Assembly: GCF_020745735.1 (NCBI RefSeq) | Contig: NC_083408.1 | Location: forward strand, 26,690,484-26,754,483 | Reading direction: 5' to 3' | Source: Hemiscyllium ocellatum | Taxonomy: Eukaryota | DNA length: 64,000 nucleotides | In this document: piece by piece, positions 37,916 to 50,560 of the stretch | How the letters are laid out: each line of letters opens with the position of its first letter | How positions within the stretch are numbered: position 1 is the stretch's first letter | Notes under the pieces: generated by a model | Databases searched by the model: none | What the model was told of the DNA's origin: nothing | The model's input: the letters and a program-made list of their open reading frames with translations, nothing else | Translations under genes and position numbers: made by a program

Positions 37916-38584
37916 CTAGGAAACATTAATGTGATTAGCAGGGAGATGAAAGTAGCAACAAAGCATTTAGGCTTGATTCAAGCTTGGAACATTACTGACA
38001 ATAATCTGGCTGTCTCACATCATTACTCAGCAACACGTCTTCCCTCCTCCCCCAAGTGCGCAACATTACTATCTTTCCTTTATAACCCAGACCCCTTCAT
38101 ATGAGTAATCTCTCATTCTAGCACCTTATGTTAATTGTTTTTACCCAGCTCTCTCACACTTTTGGGGTTTTAGATAAAATTTTATTACTATTTAAAGAAA
38201 GACTTGCATTTAAGTAGCACTTTTCATGACCACAGGATGCTCGAAAGTACTTTCCACCCAAAGGAGTATTTAAAGTGTCATAAAGCTCATCCTGATGAGT
38301 TAATCTGTTTTAGTAATGGCAACATCCAAACATGAAAGTTGCTGGATGATGACAGGTTGAGGTCACTTTAGTTCAATTCTGCAAGTGCTGTACTGAGTGG
38401 CAGTCACGCTGAAGTGAGGCTCCAAGATACAATCACCTGACTCAGTGAGCTGTGTGCTCTCAGCTGAGCCAAAACTGACTTACAACTAATCTGATTTTTC
38501 TCAGAATGCACTCCAAAAGGAGATTCAGATTGTTCTTTCCATAGCACGAGTGGAAATGTTCTTAAGATTCTTAGAATCTTCTTG

Positions 38585-38873
38585 GAATCTTAGTGTGGAA
38601 ATAGATCCTTCGGCCTAACAAGTCCACACTGACCCTGTGAAGAATTTCCCACCCAAACCCATTCCCCCATTACTCTGCATTTACCCCTGACTAATGCACC
38701 TAACCTATACATTATGGGCAATTTAGCATGGCCAATCCACCTAACCTGCACATATTTAGATTATGGAAGGAAACCCATGCAGACACGGGAGAATGTACAA
38801 ACTCCGCATAGTCGCCAGAAACTGGAATCGAACTGGTATGGTGAGGCAGCTGTGCTAACCACTGAGCCGTGTC
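38585..38873 (-). mobile_element. HE1-like V-SINE
   Basis: Family motifs GGGCAATTTAGCATGGCCAAT and the tRNA head. Confidence 0.8.
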
Positions 38874-39198
38874 ACGTTGATTGGGTAGATACCAAATCTC
38901 TACAGAAAGGGAAGAATAATAATGTGAGCAATGAGTCATTTCTCTCCCAGCCCAAATTCACTCTAACCTATCAGGAACTTTACCTCAACAAAAATTGCAA
39001 CACCATCCAAAAACCTCATTAAAATCTGACTGACATTACTTGTTGCAGAATCCACAGTCTAACGCCACAGAATGCAATTGGTTTTCCTGCAGAAATTGGT
39101 TTTGAGATGTGGAAGGATTTTATATGTCCTAATTATATTTAATTGCCATGGTGCTGACACTGCTAAACCCAGTTGCAGCTGGGATATGTCCAGCTCAC

Positions 39199-39331
39199 CT
39201 GTGACAATTGGCTTCAACAGGTAGACACTGATGGCAAATAGGCTGCACTAACCGCAGCTTCAGCAACACTGTCTCCTGCAAGATCGCTTCCAAGTGGCTG
39301 TTCATTGACTGAAGCCGACTGTACTTCTCAG
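39199..39331 (-). CDS. HAUS2: HAUS2 coding exon 4
   Basis: AEKYSRLQSMNSHLEAILQE...LPVEANCHR versus HAUS2 LQSMNNHLEAVL...LPIEAVYHR. Donor GTGAG. Confidence 0.92.
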
Positions 39332-40179
39332 CTAGCAATATAAGAGAGAGAAGTGTTAAACATTTAATGCCACAACATTGAACACCTGACACGCGGTGTA
39401 CATAACAACATAGCACCAAATCAGTGCAGTGTCTCTCCACTCCTACAAGTATCTCCCCATTCTTAAAAATGTTAATTCACACCGAATAGCATTTTACACA
39501 TGGCAACTCAGCTAAATGGTCTTTCTTCATTGAGAATTGGCAGGTCATTCACCAAGGATCAAGGGCAGGATCCTGATTTGCCCCCTGTTTGGTTCAGGAA
39601 TAAAGCTGATTAACTCAACACAAGCAGACATGATGAATTTGAAAAGTTTGGAAATTTCTGCACATGATCCACAGCAAATTCTGCTAAACTCATTGGGTGG
39701 GTTACTCTTCGGTGGGTGAGTGTGGACTTGTTGGGCCGAAGGGCCTGTTTCCACAGGTTAGGTAGGGAACCTAACCCAATCTAAAGTACACCCAGCACAT
39801 TGGAAGGGATAAACACAGCTGGACTCTTGGATCTAGCTTGTTCAATTCCTCATCTCTCAGATTCACACACTCCCTAAAGCGCTTAGTATCCACATTGGTG
39901 CATCTGACAGCAGAATATCCCACATACAATGCAAAAAACTGTTCATTTGGGCTATGTACTAGAAACAGAACTTGATAGAGGTGCAGCGCACAGCTTAGAG
40001 TCAGAGATGTACAGCATGGAAACAGACCCTTCGGTCCAACTCATCCATACCGACCAGATATCCCAACCCAATCCAGTCCCACCTGCCAGCTTGTTCTGCT
40101 ATAAAATGTGTTTCATCAACGTAAATTGGCTGTAACATGATTGACAAATTGGTAATGCTGTTTCTAAAGCAGACGTTTA

Positions 40180-43100
40180 CATAGAACATAGAAAAATACA
40201 GCGCAGTACAGGCCCTTGATGTTGCACCGATCCAAGCCCACCTAACCTACACTAGCCCACTATCCTCCATATGTCTATCCAATGCCCGTTTAAATGCCCA
40301 TAAAGAGGGAGAATCCACCACTACTGGCAGGGCATTCCATGAACTCACGACTTGCTGAGTAAAGAATTTACCCCTAACATCTGTCCTATACCTATCACCC
40401 CTCGTAATAGCTGACTCCATACATGGAAAAAGGTTCTCACGGTCAACCCTATCTAAACCCCTAATCATCTTGTACACCTCTATCAAGTCACCCCTAAACC
40501 TGCTTTTCTCCAATGAAAACAGCCCCAAGTGCCTCAGCCTTTCCTTATACGATCTTCGTACCATACCAGGCAACATCCTGGTAAACCTCCTCTGCACCCG
40601 TTCCAGTGCCTCCACATCCTTCCTATAGTATGGCGACCAAAACTGCACACAATACTCCAGATGTAGCCGCACCAGAGTCTTATACAACTGCAACATGACC
40701 TCAGGACTCCGGAACTCAATTCCTCTACCAATAAAAGCCAGTACGCCATATGCCTAGGTGGCAACTTTAAGAGATCTGTGTACATGGACACCAAGATCTC
40801 TCTGCTCATCCACACTACCAAGTATCCGACCATTAGCCCAGTACCACATCTTCTTGTTACTCTTACCAAAGTGAATCACTTCACACTTAGCTACACTGAA
40901 CTCCATTTGCCACCTTTCTGCCCAGCTCTGCAGCTTATCTATATCCCGCTGTAACCTGCCACATCCTTCCTCACTGTCAACAACTCCACCGACATTCGTA
41001 TCATCCGCAAACTTGCTCACCCAACCTTCTAGCCCCCCCTCCAGGTCATTTATAAAAATGACAAACAGCAATGGTCCCAAAACAGATCCTTGTGGAACAC
41101 CGCTGGTAACTGCACTCCAAGATGAACCTTTACCATCAACTACTACCCTGTCTTCTTCCAGCCAGCCAATTCCTAATCCAAACCTCCAACTCACCCTCAA
41201 TGCCATACCTCTATTTTTTGCAATAGCCTACCATGGGGAACCTTATCAAACGCCTTACTAAAATACATATACACCACATCTACCGCTTTACCCTCGTCCA
41301 CCTCCTTAGTCACCTTCTCAAAGAATCAGTAAGGTTTGTGAGGCACGACCTGCCATTCACAAAACCATGCTGACTATCCTTGATCACATTATTCCTATCA
41401 AGATGTTCATAAATCCTATCCCTTACAATTCTCTCTAAGACTTTGCCCACAACAGAAGTGAGACTCACCGGCCTATAGTTACTAGGGCTGTCCCTACTCC
41501 CCTTCTTGAACAAGGGAACCAGAGTCTTCTGGCACTATTCCTGTAGACAACGAGGACATAAAAATCAAGGCCAATGGCTCTGCAATCTCCTCCCTTGCTT
41601 CCCAGAGAATCCTAGGATAAATGCCATCAGGCCCAGGGGACTTAGCTATTTTCACCCTTTCCAGAATTTCCAACATCTCTTCCCTACATACCTCAAAGCC
41701 ATCCATTCTAATTAATTGTGACTCAATATTCACATCGGCAACAACGTCCTGTTCCTGAGTGAAACCTGACGAAAAGCATTCATTCAGTGTCTTCCCAATT
41801 TCTTTAGCCTCCACACGCAACTTCCCACTGCTATCCATGACTGGACCAATTCCTACCCTAGTCATTCTTTTATTCCTGACATACCTATAGAAAGCCTTTG
41901 GGTTTTCCCTAATCCTACCAACCAAGGACTTTTCCTGTCCCCTCCTTGCTGCTCTTAGCTTTCTCTTTAGTTCCTGCCTGGCTACCTTATAACTCTCAAT
42001 CGCCCAATAAGCTCCACATATCAATTGCACCCTTCCCTTGAAGCCTACTTTTCCAAGCCACACATCCTAAGTCATGCCTCACCGCATCATAATTTCCATG
42101 CCCCCAGCTATAACTCTTGCCCTGTAGTGCACACTTATCCCTCTCCATCACTAAAGTAAAAGTCACCGAATTGTGGTCACTGTCCCCAAAGTGCTCACCT
42201 ACCTCCAATTCTAACACCTGGCCTGGTTCGTTACCCAGAACCAAATCCAGTATGGCCTCACCTCTTGTTGGCCTGTCTACATATTGTGTCAGGAAACCCT
42301 CCTGCACACATTGGACAAACACCGACCCATCTAACGTACTCGAGCTATAGCTTTCCCAGTCAATATCTGGAAAGTTAATGTCCCCATAACAACCACCCTA
42401 TTACTTTCACTCTTCTCCTGAATCATCCTCGCAATCCTTTCTTCTACGTCTCTAGGACTATTAGGAGGCCTGTAGAAAACTCCTAACAGGGTGACCTCAC
42501 CTTTCCTATTTCCACGCTCATCCCAAACTACCTCAGATGGCGAGTCTTCATCCATCGTCCTTTCCACCGATGTAATACTATCTTTGACAAGCAATGCCAC
42601 ACCTCCCCCTCTTTTACCCCCACCTCTGACCCTACTAAAACATTTAAACCCTGGAACCTGCAACAGCCAATCCTGTCCCTGTTCTACCCATGTCTCCGTA
42701 ATAGCCACAACATCGAAATCCCAGGTACCAACCCACGCTGCAAGTTCACCTACCTTATTTCGTATACTTCTCGCATTGAAGTATACACACTTCAAGCCAC
42801 TTTCGTATTTACAGGCACCCTCCTTCGAGACTGATGCCATGTTCCTAACCTCCCTAATCTCCAGGTCCTGCACCCTAAAGCTACAGTCTAGGTTCCCATG
42901 CCCCTGCAGAGTTAGTTTAAACCGCCCCCAAAGAGCACTAGCAAAACTCCCCCCAAGGATACTGGTGCCCCTCAGGTTCAGGTGTAGACCATCCTGTTGA
43001 TAGAGTTCCCACCTTCCCCAGAAAGAACCCCAGTTATCCAGAAACCGGAATCCCTCCCTCCTGCACCATCCCTGTAGCCACGCATTTAACTGCTCTCTCT

Positions 43101-43188
43101 CCCTATTCCTCGACTCTCTATCACGTGGCACAGGTAACAAACCAGAGACAACAACTCTGTTTGTTCTAACTCTGAGCTTCCAACCTAG
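40180..43188 (-). mobile_element. CR1-clade LINE, 5'-truncated and internally deleted (ORF1 esterase end, APE endonuclease, RT)
   Basis: ORF1 GWCRREGFRFLDNW...DGLHLN. Endonuclease YFNARSIRNK, AITETW, SDH. RT NYRPVSLTS, GVPQGSVLGPLLF, FADD. (TATGTTC)n-type 3' tail. Frameshifted. Confidence 0.93.
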
Positions 43189-43524
43189 TTTAAAACAGGT
43201 TTTGGTTCTAACATGACTGCAATACCAACACTAAATGCTATCTTTATTGCACAATTTTTATATAGTGCTGGATTGCATAAGAACACAACCATCACAATAT
43301 TAAAGAAATACCTGTACAGTAGACTCGTGGTTTAGTATTAGATTAGCAATCTGAATTCAACTCCCTCAGTGCAGGTCATGAAACATAATTCAACCAACCT
43401 GGTCATTTGAGAGTTCACAAAATTCCACAAAAATAATGTAGCATTAAAATCTCAACCAATTTCCAAGAGGGAGGAGATCCTCTCTAGTCAGGCCTACATG
43501 CCACTACAATGTCTTAAAAGAATG

Positions 43525-44590
43525 TGTGGCACTTAAAATGCACAGCAAGTCAGGCAGCATCTGAGGAGCAGCAGAATCAACATTTCAGGCATAAGCCCTT
43601 CATCAGGAATGTGGGATGGGGGCAGGGACTGAGAGATAAAGAGGAGGATGGGGGTGAGACAGCTGGTAAGACGATAGGTAGATGCAGTTTGGGGGGGTAG
43701 TGATGGTGATAGGTTGGAGTGGAGGGTGGAGCAGATAGGCGGAAAAGAAGGTGAACAGTTAGGACAGTGCCGAGTTGGAAGGTTAGATCTGGGATGAGGT
43801 GGGGGAGGGGAGATGAGAAAACTGGTAGAATTGACATTGATTACATGTGGTTGAATGGTCCCAAGGTGAAGATGAGGTATCCTTCCTCCAGTCGTTGGGT
43901 GACTTGGATTCGGCAGTGGAAGTGGCTCAAGACTTACATATCGTTGGTGGAGTGGGAGGGGAAGCTCCCACTCCACCAAGGACACATTGTGTTGGAATTG
44001 TTTGGTGCATGTCTCCCAGACGTGTTCCCTGAAACGTTCTGCGAATTGGCATCCTCGCTCCCCAGTGTAGAGGAGATCACATCGAGAGTAAGGGACACTA
44101 GATGAGGTGTTTAGAAAATCTGTCAGATATGGAATGATGCTTTGGGGCCTTCATTAGAGGTGAGGTGGGGGTGAAGGAGGTGGGCACAGGTTTTACATCT
44201 CTTGTGGCAGCAAGGGAAGGTGCCAGGAGTGGAGGGTGGGTTGGTGGGAAACTTGAACTTAACAGAGAGTCACAGAGGGAATGGTCTCTGTGGAATGCTG
44301 ATAGGAGTGGGGATGGAAATATCTCTCTGGCAGTGTGGTCTGATTATAGTTTGCAGAAATGGCAGAGCATGATGCACTGTCTCCGGAGACTAATGGGGTG
44401 GAAGGGGAGGAACCTACCCTCCTATTTATATCTCAGCTTCAGCCACCCCCACCCGCCCAAATTACCTAAAGAAAGGCTTATGCCTGAAACATTAATTCTT
44501 CTGCTCCTCGGATGCTGCCTGACCTACTGTGCTTTTCAAGCTCCACACTTTTCGACTCTGATCTCCAGCATCAACAGTCCTCACTTTCTA
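43525..44590 (-). mobile_element. Penelope-like fragment with an inverted terminal copy, in a HAUS2 intron
   Basis: Same family as 20467-22132. The body is on the minus strand, with a plus-strand pLTR end at about 44405-44590. Confidence 0.75.
43577..43610 (-). ncRNA. Minimal hammerhead-ribozyme motif in a Penelope pLTR
   Basis: Minus strand: CTGATGA-A-GGGC-TTAT-GCCT-GAAA-TG-TT. Confidence 0.5.
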
Positions 44591-44674
44591 CTTAAAAACA
44601 ATATGCCAACTCCACCCAGCAAACTACCTGTTCCCATTACTACTTCACATGCACAAAATTAACCACAGACTTAC

Positions 44675-44744
44675 CCAAACACACTGGGTGGGCAATATCT
44701 GCTGTGTCATTCTGCAGTTTCAGCAGCTTCAACTCTAGAGATTT
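44675..44744 (-). CDS. HAUS2: HAUS2 coding exon 3
   Basis: KSLELKLLKLQNDTADIAHPVCL versus HAUS2 [23 protein letters not shown]. Donor GTAAGT. Confidence 0.92.
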
Positions 44745-46157
44745 CTGATAGAAGTGAAGAAATGTTAGTAACAGAGCATGGCACTCAATCAATGTAGGAG
44801 AGAGAACAGATAAATGTTTCACCTTTAGTTTACTTACAATCGCATTATCAAAACCTTGTATGATTCAGCTTTCCTGTAACCTATATAGATTCTAGAGCTT
44901 TAACACATTGACTCTGCCTTGGCTGGTAAAGGAATGCATCATGGAATTTTGAACAACAAGAAGCTAACATGCTAATCAGTAAGTGTTAAGAGGACCCAGT
45001 GTAAATTTTTAAAAATCCGTTTGTGGGACATGGGCATCGCTGGCTGGCCAACATTTATTGCCTGTCCCTAGTTACCACTGAGAAGGTGCTGGTGAGCTGC
45101 TTTACTGAACTATAGCAATTTGTGTGCTGTAGGTAGACCCACGATGCCCTTAGGAAGAGAATTCCAGGATCTTGTCCCAGTAACAGTGAAAGAACAGTGA
45201 TATTTTCAACTCAGGATGGTGAGTGAATTGGAGGAGAACTTGCAATGTTTCCATGCACATGTTGCCCTTATCCTTCAAGATGGAAGCAATTGTGGGTCTG
45301 GAAGGTGATGTCTAAAGATCTTTTGTGAATTTCTGAAGTGCATCTTGGTAGATAATACACACTGCTGCTACTGAGTGTCAGTGATGGAGGCGGTGGATAC
45401 TTATGGATGTGGTGCCAATCAACTGAGCTGCTCTATCCTGGATTGACGTCAAGCTTTTTGAGTGTTGTTGGAGCTACAGCTGTCAGGCAAGTGGGGAGTA
45501 TTCCACCACACTCCTGACTCATGCCTTGTTCATGCCTCAGTTCTCCCATCTTTCTCTGTAGAAGTCAACGGTCACTTGGTGGGTAGCAGGCTTGCCCAAG
45601 CCAAAAGATTGCAGAGATTTGCAATATGAAATCTAAGCCAACAGTTCAGTGTTTCACAAAAGTTTTCATTATAGCTCATCTTCCTTCCTGGCTCTGTGCC
45701 CACCCTCCTTACATTCACCGATGGGAACATATCAGAGTGCTCCTTTAAATAAGATCTTGTATAAACAAATACTACTGCTGTTAGTGCATAATAAGCAGGA
45801 GTACACTGTTGCTTTTGGAATCCCTCCCTAACAGCATGGTGGGTGGGAGCTATACCAATCAGACCGTTGTGGTTCGCAAAGGCAGCTCACCACCATCTTC
45901 TCAAGAACAACAAATGCTGGCACAGCTAGCGAAGACCACTTTCCATGAATGAATAAAACACCCCCTTGTCCCCTTGTGGTATGGTCTCAAAACCACTGCC
46001 AAGAGTTTTTTTTAAAAAGCTACCCTTCTTGCAAAATATCTTGGGACACAAGTTGCACAAATTCAAATGCTGCTTTGTTTGGCTCCTTCTTGCCCTTTAC
46101 ATAGTGAAGAATTATATTATCTAGACTTATAATGTCCAAGATACTCAGGTTACAAAC

Positions 46158-46262
46158 CTGTTCAAGTTCTGCCCTGGTGTGTGAAATTTCATCTATTAGT
46201 CTGAAGCGTTCAACAAATAGCACTGTGTTTCCAAACTCCACCTTGTTTAAATCCAAAGTGTC
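46158..46262 (-). CDS. HAUS2: HAUS2 coding exon 2
   Basis: DTLDLNKVEFGNTVLFVERFRLIDEISHTRAELEQ. AG/GT flanks, phase 0/0. Aligns to HAUS2 ...RLQQITNIQAEIYQ. Confidence 0.8.
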
Positions 46263-47042
46263 CTGTTTCACAGGGGAAAAAGGTAACCTACGTCAGTTTC
46301 TGGGGAACGAAACAAGCGCATAACTTCGAACTACAATTACAATAGATTTACGTGCATCTTTCTAAAGCCACCAAATATAATGTTAGAAATAACGACAAAT
46401 TATACTCACGTTTCACAATACAGAACTGAGTAGAAATCAGAAGGTAAGCTTTTATTTTATAAAGTCTTTTATATGCCACTAAGCACTACTACTTAGTCTA
46501 CAGGCTGAGAGAGGAGACAGGACTAAGGGAGTGGTGGGTCAAGGATAGGACGAAAAGATCAGCTATTGGAAGGCCTTTCATCATTTTAGAGATTAGGACT
46601 CAAGTGAGAAACCTTGTTTCACTCAGCATAGGCAACTTATCTAGAAAGGAGAAAGCTTAAAATTGACTCTGCAAGTCAATTCTGATGGCTAAGGAGCAAT
46701 CCTTACTGTAGCAATGGTATACGGCTTAGTAAGATTAGATCACACGGGATTTGGGGGAGTTAGCCAACTGAATACAAAATTGGCTTGAAGGTAGGAGACA
46801 GAAGGTGTGGTGGAGGGTTGCTCTTCAGACCGGAGCCCTGTGACCAGTGGTGTGCTACAAGGATCAGTTTTGGGTCCACTGATTTTCATCATTATGTAAA
46901 TGGTTTGGATGTGAATATCAGAGGTATGGCTAGTAAGTTTGCAGATGAAACCAAAATAGATGCTGTAATGGACAGTAAAGGTGTTATCCCAGAATACAAC
47001 AGGACCTTGGTCAGATGGGCCAATGGGCTGAGGTGTGGCAGG

Positions 47043-47162
47043 ACCTTGTTTAAATCCAAAGTGTCCTGTTTCACAGGAGAAAAAGGTAACCTATGTCAGT
47101 TTTGGGGAAAAAAAACAAGCGCATAACTTCTAACTACAATTACAATAGATTTACTTGCATCT
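47043..47162 (+). repeat. 120-bp duplicate of 46240-46359 (HAUS2 intron/exon boundary)
   Basis: ACCTTGTTTAAATCCAAAGTGTCCTGTTTCACAGG...GCATCT is present at both sites. Confidence 0.93.
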
Positions 47163-47391
47163 ATTAGATAAATGTCAGGTGTTGCACTTTGGAAGGCAAT
47201 ACAAGGCAGAACCCGTATAGTTAATGGTAAGGCCCTGGAGAGTGTTGCCAAATAAAGAGACCTCGTGGTGCACATGCATAGTTCATTGAAAGTGGAAGTA
47301 CAGGTAGACAGAGTGGTGATGGTGGTGTTTGGCAGCCTTACGTTTATTGGCCATAAAATTGAGTATAGAAATTGGGATGTCACACTGCAGA

Positions 47392-47714
47392 TCATAGAAT
47401 CCCATTCGGCCCAACAAGTCACACCGATCTTCCAAAGAGTAACCCACCCAGACCCATTCCTCCTACTCTATTAGTCTACGTGTACCACGGACTAATGTTC
47501 CTAACTTACACATCCCTGAACACTATGGGCAATTTAGCATGGCCAATTCACCTAACCTGCACATCTTTAGATTGTGGGAGAAAACAAGGACCCGGAGGAA
47601 ACCTACGCAGACACATTGAGAATGTGCAAACTCCACACAGACAATTGCCCAGGGCTGGAATCGAACGCAGGTCCCTGGCACTGTGAGACATTAGTGCTAA
47701 CCCTGAGACACCGT
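47392..47714 (-). mobile_element. HE1-like V-SINE nested in a CR1 fragment
   Basis: Family motifs. CR1 sequence resumes on both sides. Confidence 0.8.
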
Positions 47715-49243
47715 AATGTACATGAATTGGTGAGACCACTTTTGAAATACTGTGCACAATTCTTGTTGCCCTTCTAGAGAAAGGATGTTGTTAAACTTGA
47801 GCGGTTGCATATAAGATTTACAAGAATGTTGCCAGGACTGGAGAGTTTGAGTTATAAGAAGAGGCTGATTAGGCTAGGGTTATTGTCCCTTGGAGTGAAA
47901 CTGAGGAGTAACCTTATAGGAGTTTATAAGATCATGATGGACATGGATAGGGCGAATAGCCAAGGTCTTTTTACTCGAGTGCACAAGTCCAAAACTAGAG
48001 GATACAGATTTAACGTGAGAGGGGAAAGCTTTAAAAAGGACCTGAGGGACAACTTTTTCACGTATGTCTGGAGCTCATCTGGATGGGTATATGATTAGAA
48101 AGAATTTGGAAGAATATGGGCCAAATGTTGGCAAATGGGACAAAGTCAAATTGGTTGGCATGGCCAAGTTGAACTGAAGGGTCTGTTTTTGTAATCTATG
48201 ACTCGACAAGTATGCATGCTTGAGCAACTGAGGATCTGGGTTGAGATGTAGCTTGTTTTATAATCCATCAGCATTCTAGGTTGACCTAATGATAACTGCG
48301 GATCTGGAGATCAGAGTCAAAAAGTGTGGTGCTGTAAAAGCACAGCCAGTCAGGCAATATCCAAGAGCGAGAGTTGAGGTTTTGAGCATAAGCCCTTCTT
48401 ATTCCTGATGAAGAGTTTATGTTCGAAACATCGACTCTCCTGCTCCCCGGATGCTGCCTGACTAGCTGAGCTTTTCCAGCTTCACACTTTTTGACATAAG
48501 TTCAATGTCTGATCACAGCCAGGTTGACTTTGCAGGATTCCTGCTACAATGACCATTAGAGCCCAAGTCAGCCATGTTTCTGAGGCATAGCATGTGTGTT
48601 TCTGTGTCAGAGAATAGTAAGCTCAAGTCCTGTTGAGAGACTCAAGCAGGTAATCCAGACGGTCATCGCAATGCAGCACTGAGTGGAAGCACAATGTCAG
48701 GAGTAGTTTCTTTCAAATGAGACATTAAAACCAAGACCTTCTTGAGTATACTAGAGTGTTTTGGTCACGACTACAATGAAGAGCAGAGTGTTCTCCTTAG
48801 TGTCCTGGCTAATATTCATCCCTCTGTCAAATGAAAAAAACTTATTGGTCATTATCAGATTGTTGTCTGTGGTCATTTGCTGTGTGGAAATGAGAATTGT
48901 ATTTCTTAGGCTCCAAAATTTCAAAAGTGTTTCATGAATCTTTTTTGGAAAACAAAGGGTGTCATGAAAAAAGTTATAGAAATAAAAATCTTTCTTTGAG
49001 CGATTCTACTGAGAGTGGAAGTGGTGTCAATGCAAGCAAACATCAGGGCAATGGAACATCCATCAAAGAGACAGGTTTAGATTAGATTTCCCAGTTATCG
49101 ACTAGGCTCAAGTCAAGGACAGCTGCATAGATGAGTACGGCCAATGAAACAATTCTAATTTTAAAAAACAGAAAATGAATAAATATATGGGCAGTAAAAA
49201 GCACAAGATATATTAAACTGGTCCCTAGCTTAGCCAGCCATAC

Positions 49244-49333
49244 CTGTGTCAGTAATCCCTTTCCAATACACCTCTCAAGGAATCGGGCTGCTGGGTTTTC
49301 AACTGTTGGCTCCCATGGATTTGAAGACTGCAT
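49244..49333 (-). CDS. HAUS2: HAUS augmin-like complex subunit 2, coding exon 1
   Basis: MQSSNPWEPTVENPAARFLERCIGKGLLTQ resembles HAUS2 MAAANPWDP...SGMVNQ. The acceptor places the exon start at 49350. Donor GTATG. Confidence 0.85.
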
Positions 49334-50169
49334 TCTCACTTGAAGATAGGCTGAAAGAGAGATTGCAGAAAGAAATAACCTCAAAATTTCAGCACAGTCA
49401 GAGACTCGCTGCAAGGTGTCTGCAGCAAGATTTCCCTTTATTATGCACTTGTATGAACTTAAGTGTCTTGCTCACACAAAGGGTGAGATCATCAGCACAA
49501 GTTCCAAACGGGGGGGGGGGCGGGGGGGAAGGATTGGGTAGTGTTGGCAGACTTTTGCCTGAAATGTCAACTTTCCCGCTTCTCGGATGCTGCCTGACCT
49601 GCTGTGCTTTTCCAGCACCACTCTAATTTAAACTCTGGTTTCCAGCATCTGCAGTCCTCACTTTTGCCCAGTGTTTGGAGGGGTTTAATGCAGCTGGTGG
49701 TTTTGGATGAGTGCTGGGTGGGGGTGGAGAGGGAATTTGAGTGGTTCATAGAAGGTGGGAGCAAGTGTAGTAGTAGTTATGAAGCATTGGAGGCAGAGAA
49801 GGGGTGGTGTATGCTAGCAGGAACAGTTTAGTTTTTGAGGTGAGGTGGATGGAAATGGGCCTATTGTGAGGATAGGCGTTTGTTTGAAGGGGGGTGGGGG
49901 TGCTGTCAGAGACATGTGGTTTTATCGATGGGGAATGGGATGGTTGGGCGGCTGATGGTTTGTGGGATGGAAGTTATGAGAAAGGACTTGGGGGGGAGGG
50001 GGTAAAAGGTGCTGGTGGAAAGGGATGGCTTGAGGTGGGCCTGTCATTTGGGGTGGGGTAATATTGTTTGAGGGGGTGATATGGGAGTGTTGGGGAGGGC
50101 GGCGGGGTGGTGTCAGGGGGAGGTGGTGGGTGGTGAGTATAGGGACGGGTATCAGTGGTTTTAGAGGGG

Positions 50170-50560
50170 GAAGCAAGCGGTTGATGTTGTTCTCCCGCTC
50201 AGGCCGTTACTCACCGCGTCGCGCGCTGATGAGGTCACATCTGATCTCACGCGCTGACCGAAAAGGTCCGAGCGTGGCCCCACCCCCCACACAGATCAAG
50301 TGACCTAACCCGTTACCATGGGGACAGCGGACGGCAGGAGCCCCGGATCTTTATTGGACGGTGCACCGACCGAGGGGGCTCGGCCCGAGCGGAAGTGCCC
50401 AGGCGGGGGAAATATTTGGCGGTCGGTTTCCGCCTTATGGATGGATGGATGTTGGGCCTGTCTTTGTAAGAAGATAGAGCTAGTGCCGCCTACCCAGCCG
50501 ATGGATGTGCAGGCTTCACAGACAGGTACTGAGTAGGGCCTGAGGCGCACCAGCTCCCCT
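50170..50560. promoter_or_regulatory. HAUS2/LRRC57 bidirectional CpG-rich promoter with putative non-coding first exons
   Basis: CpG cluster between divergent genes. Minus-strand donor G|GTGAGTA at 50215/50214. Plus-strand donor CAG|GTACT at 50525/50526. ETS CGGAAGTG at 50390. Confidence 0.72.

Larger units (their letters stand above)
46720..48205 (+). mobile_element. CR1 RT/3' fragment with a nested SINE and a templated insertion
   Basis: SKFADETK and RFTRMLPGLESLSYKKRL motifs. Confidence 0.82.

Noticed and set aside
38291-38340. Isolated CTGATGAG
   Set aside because: No adjacent stem II-GAAA arrangement, so not counted as a hammerhead.
50318-50536. 72-aa ORF in the bidirectional promoter
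   Set aside because: No homology recognised. Short ORFs are expected in GC-rich DNA.
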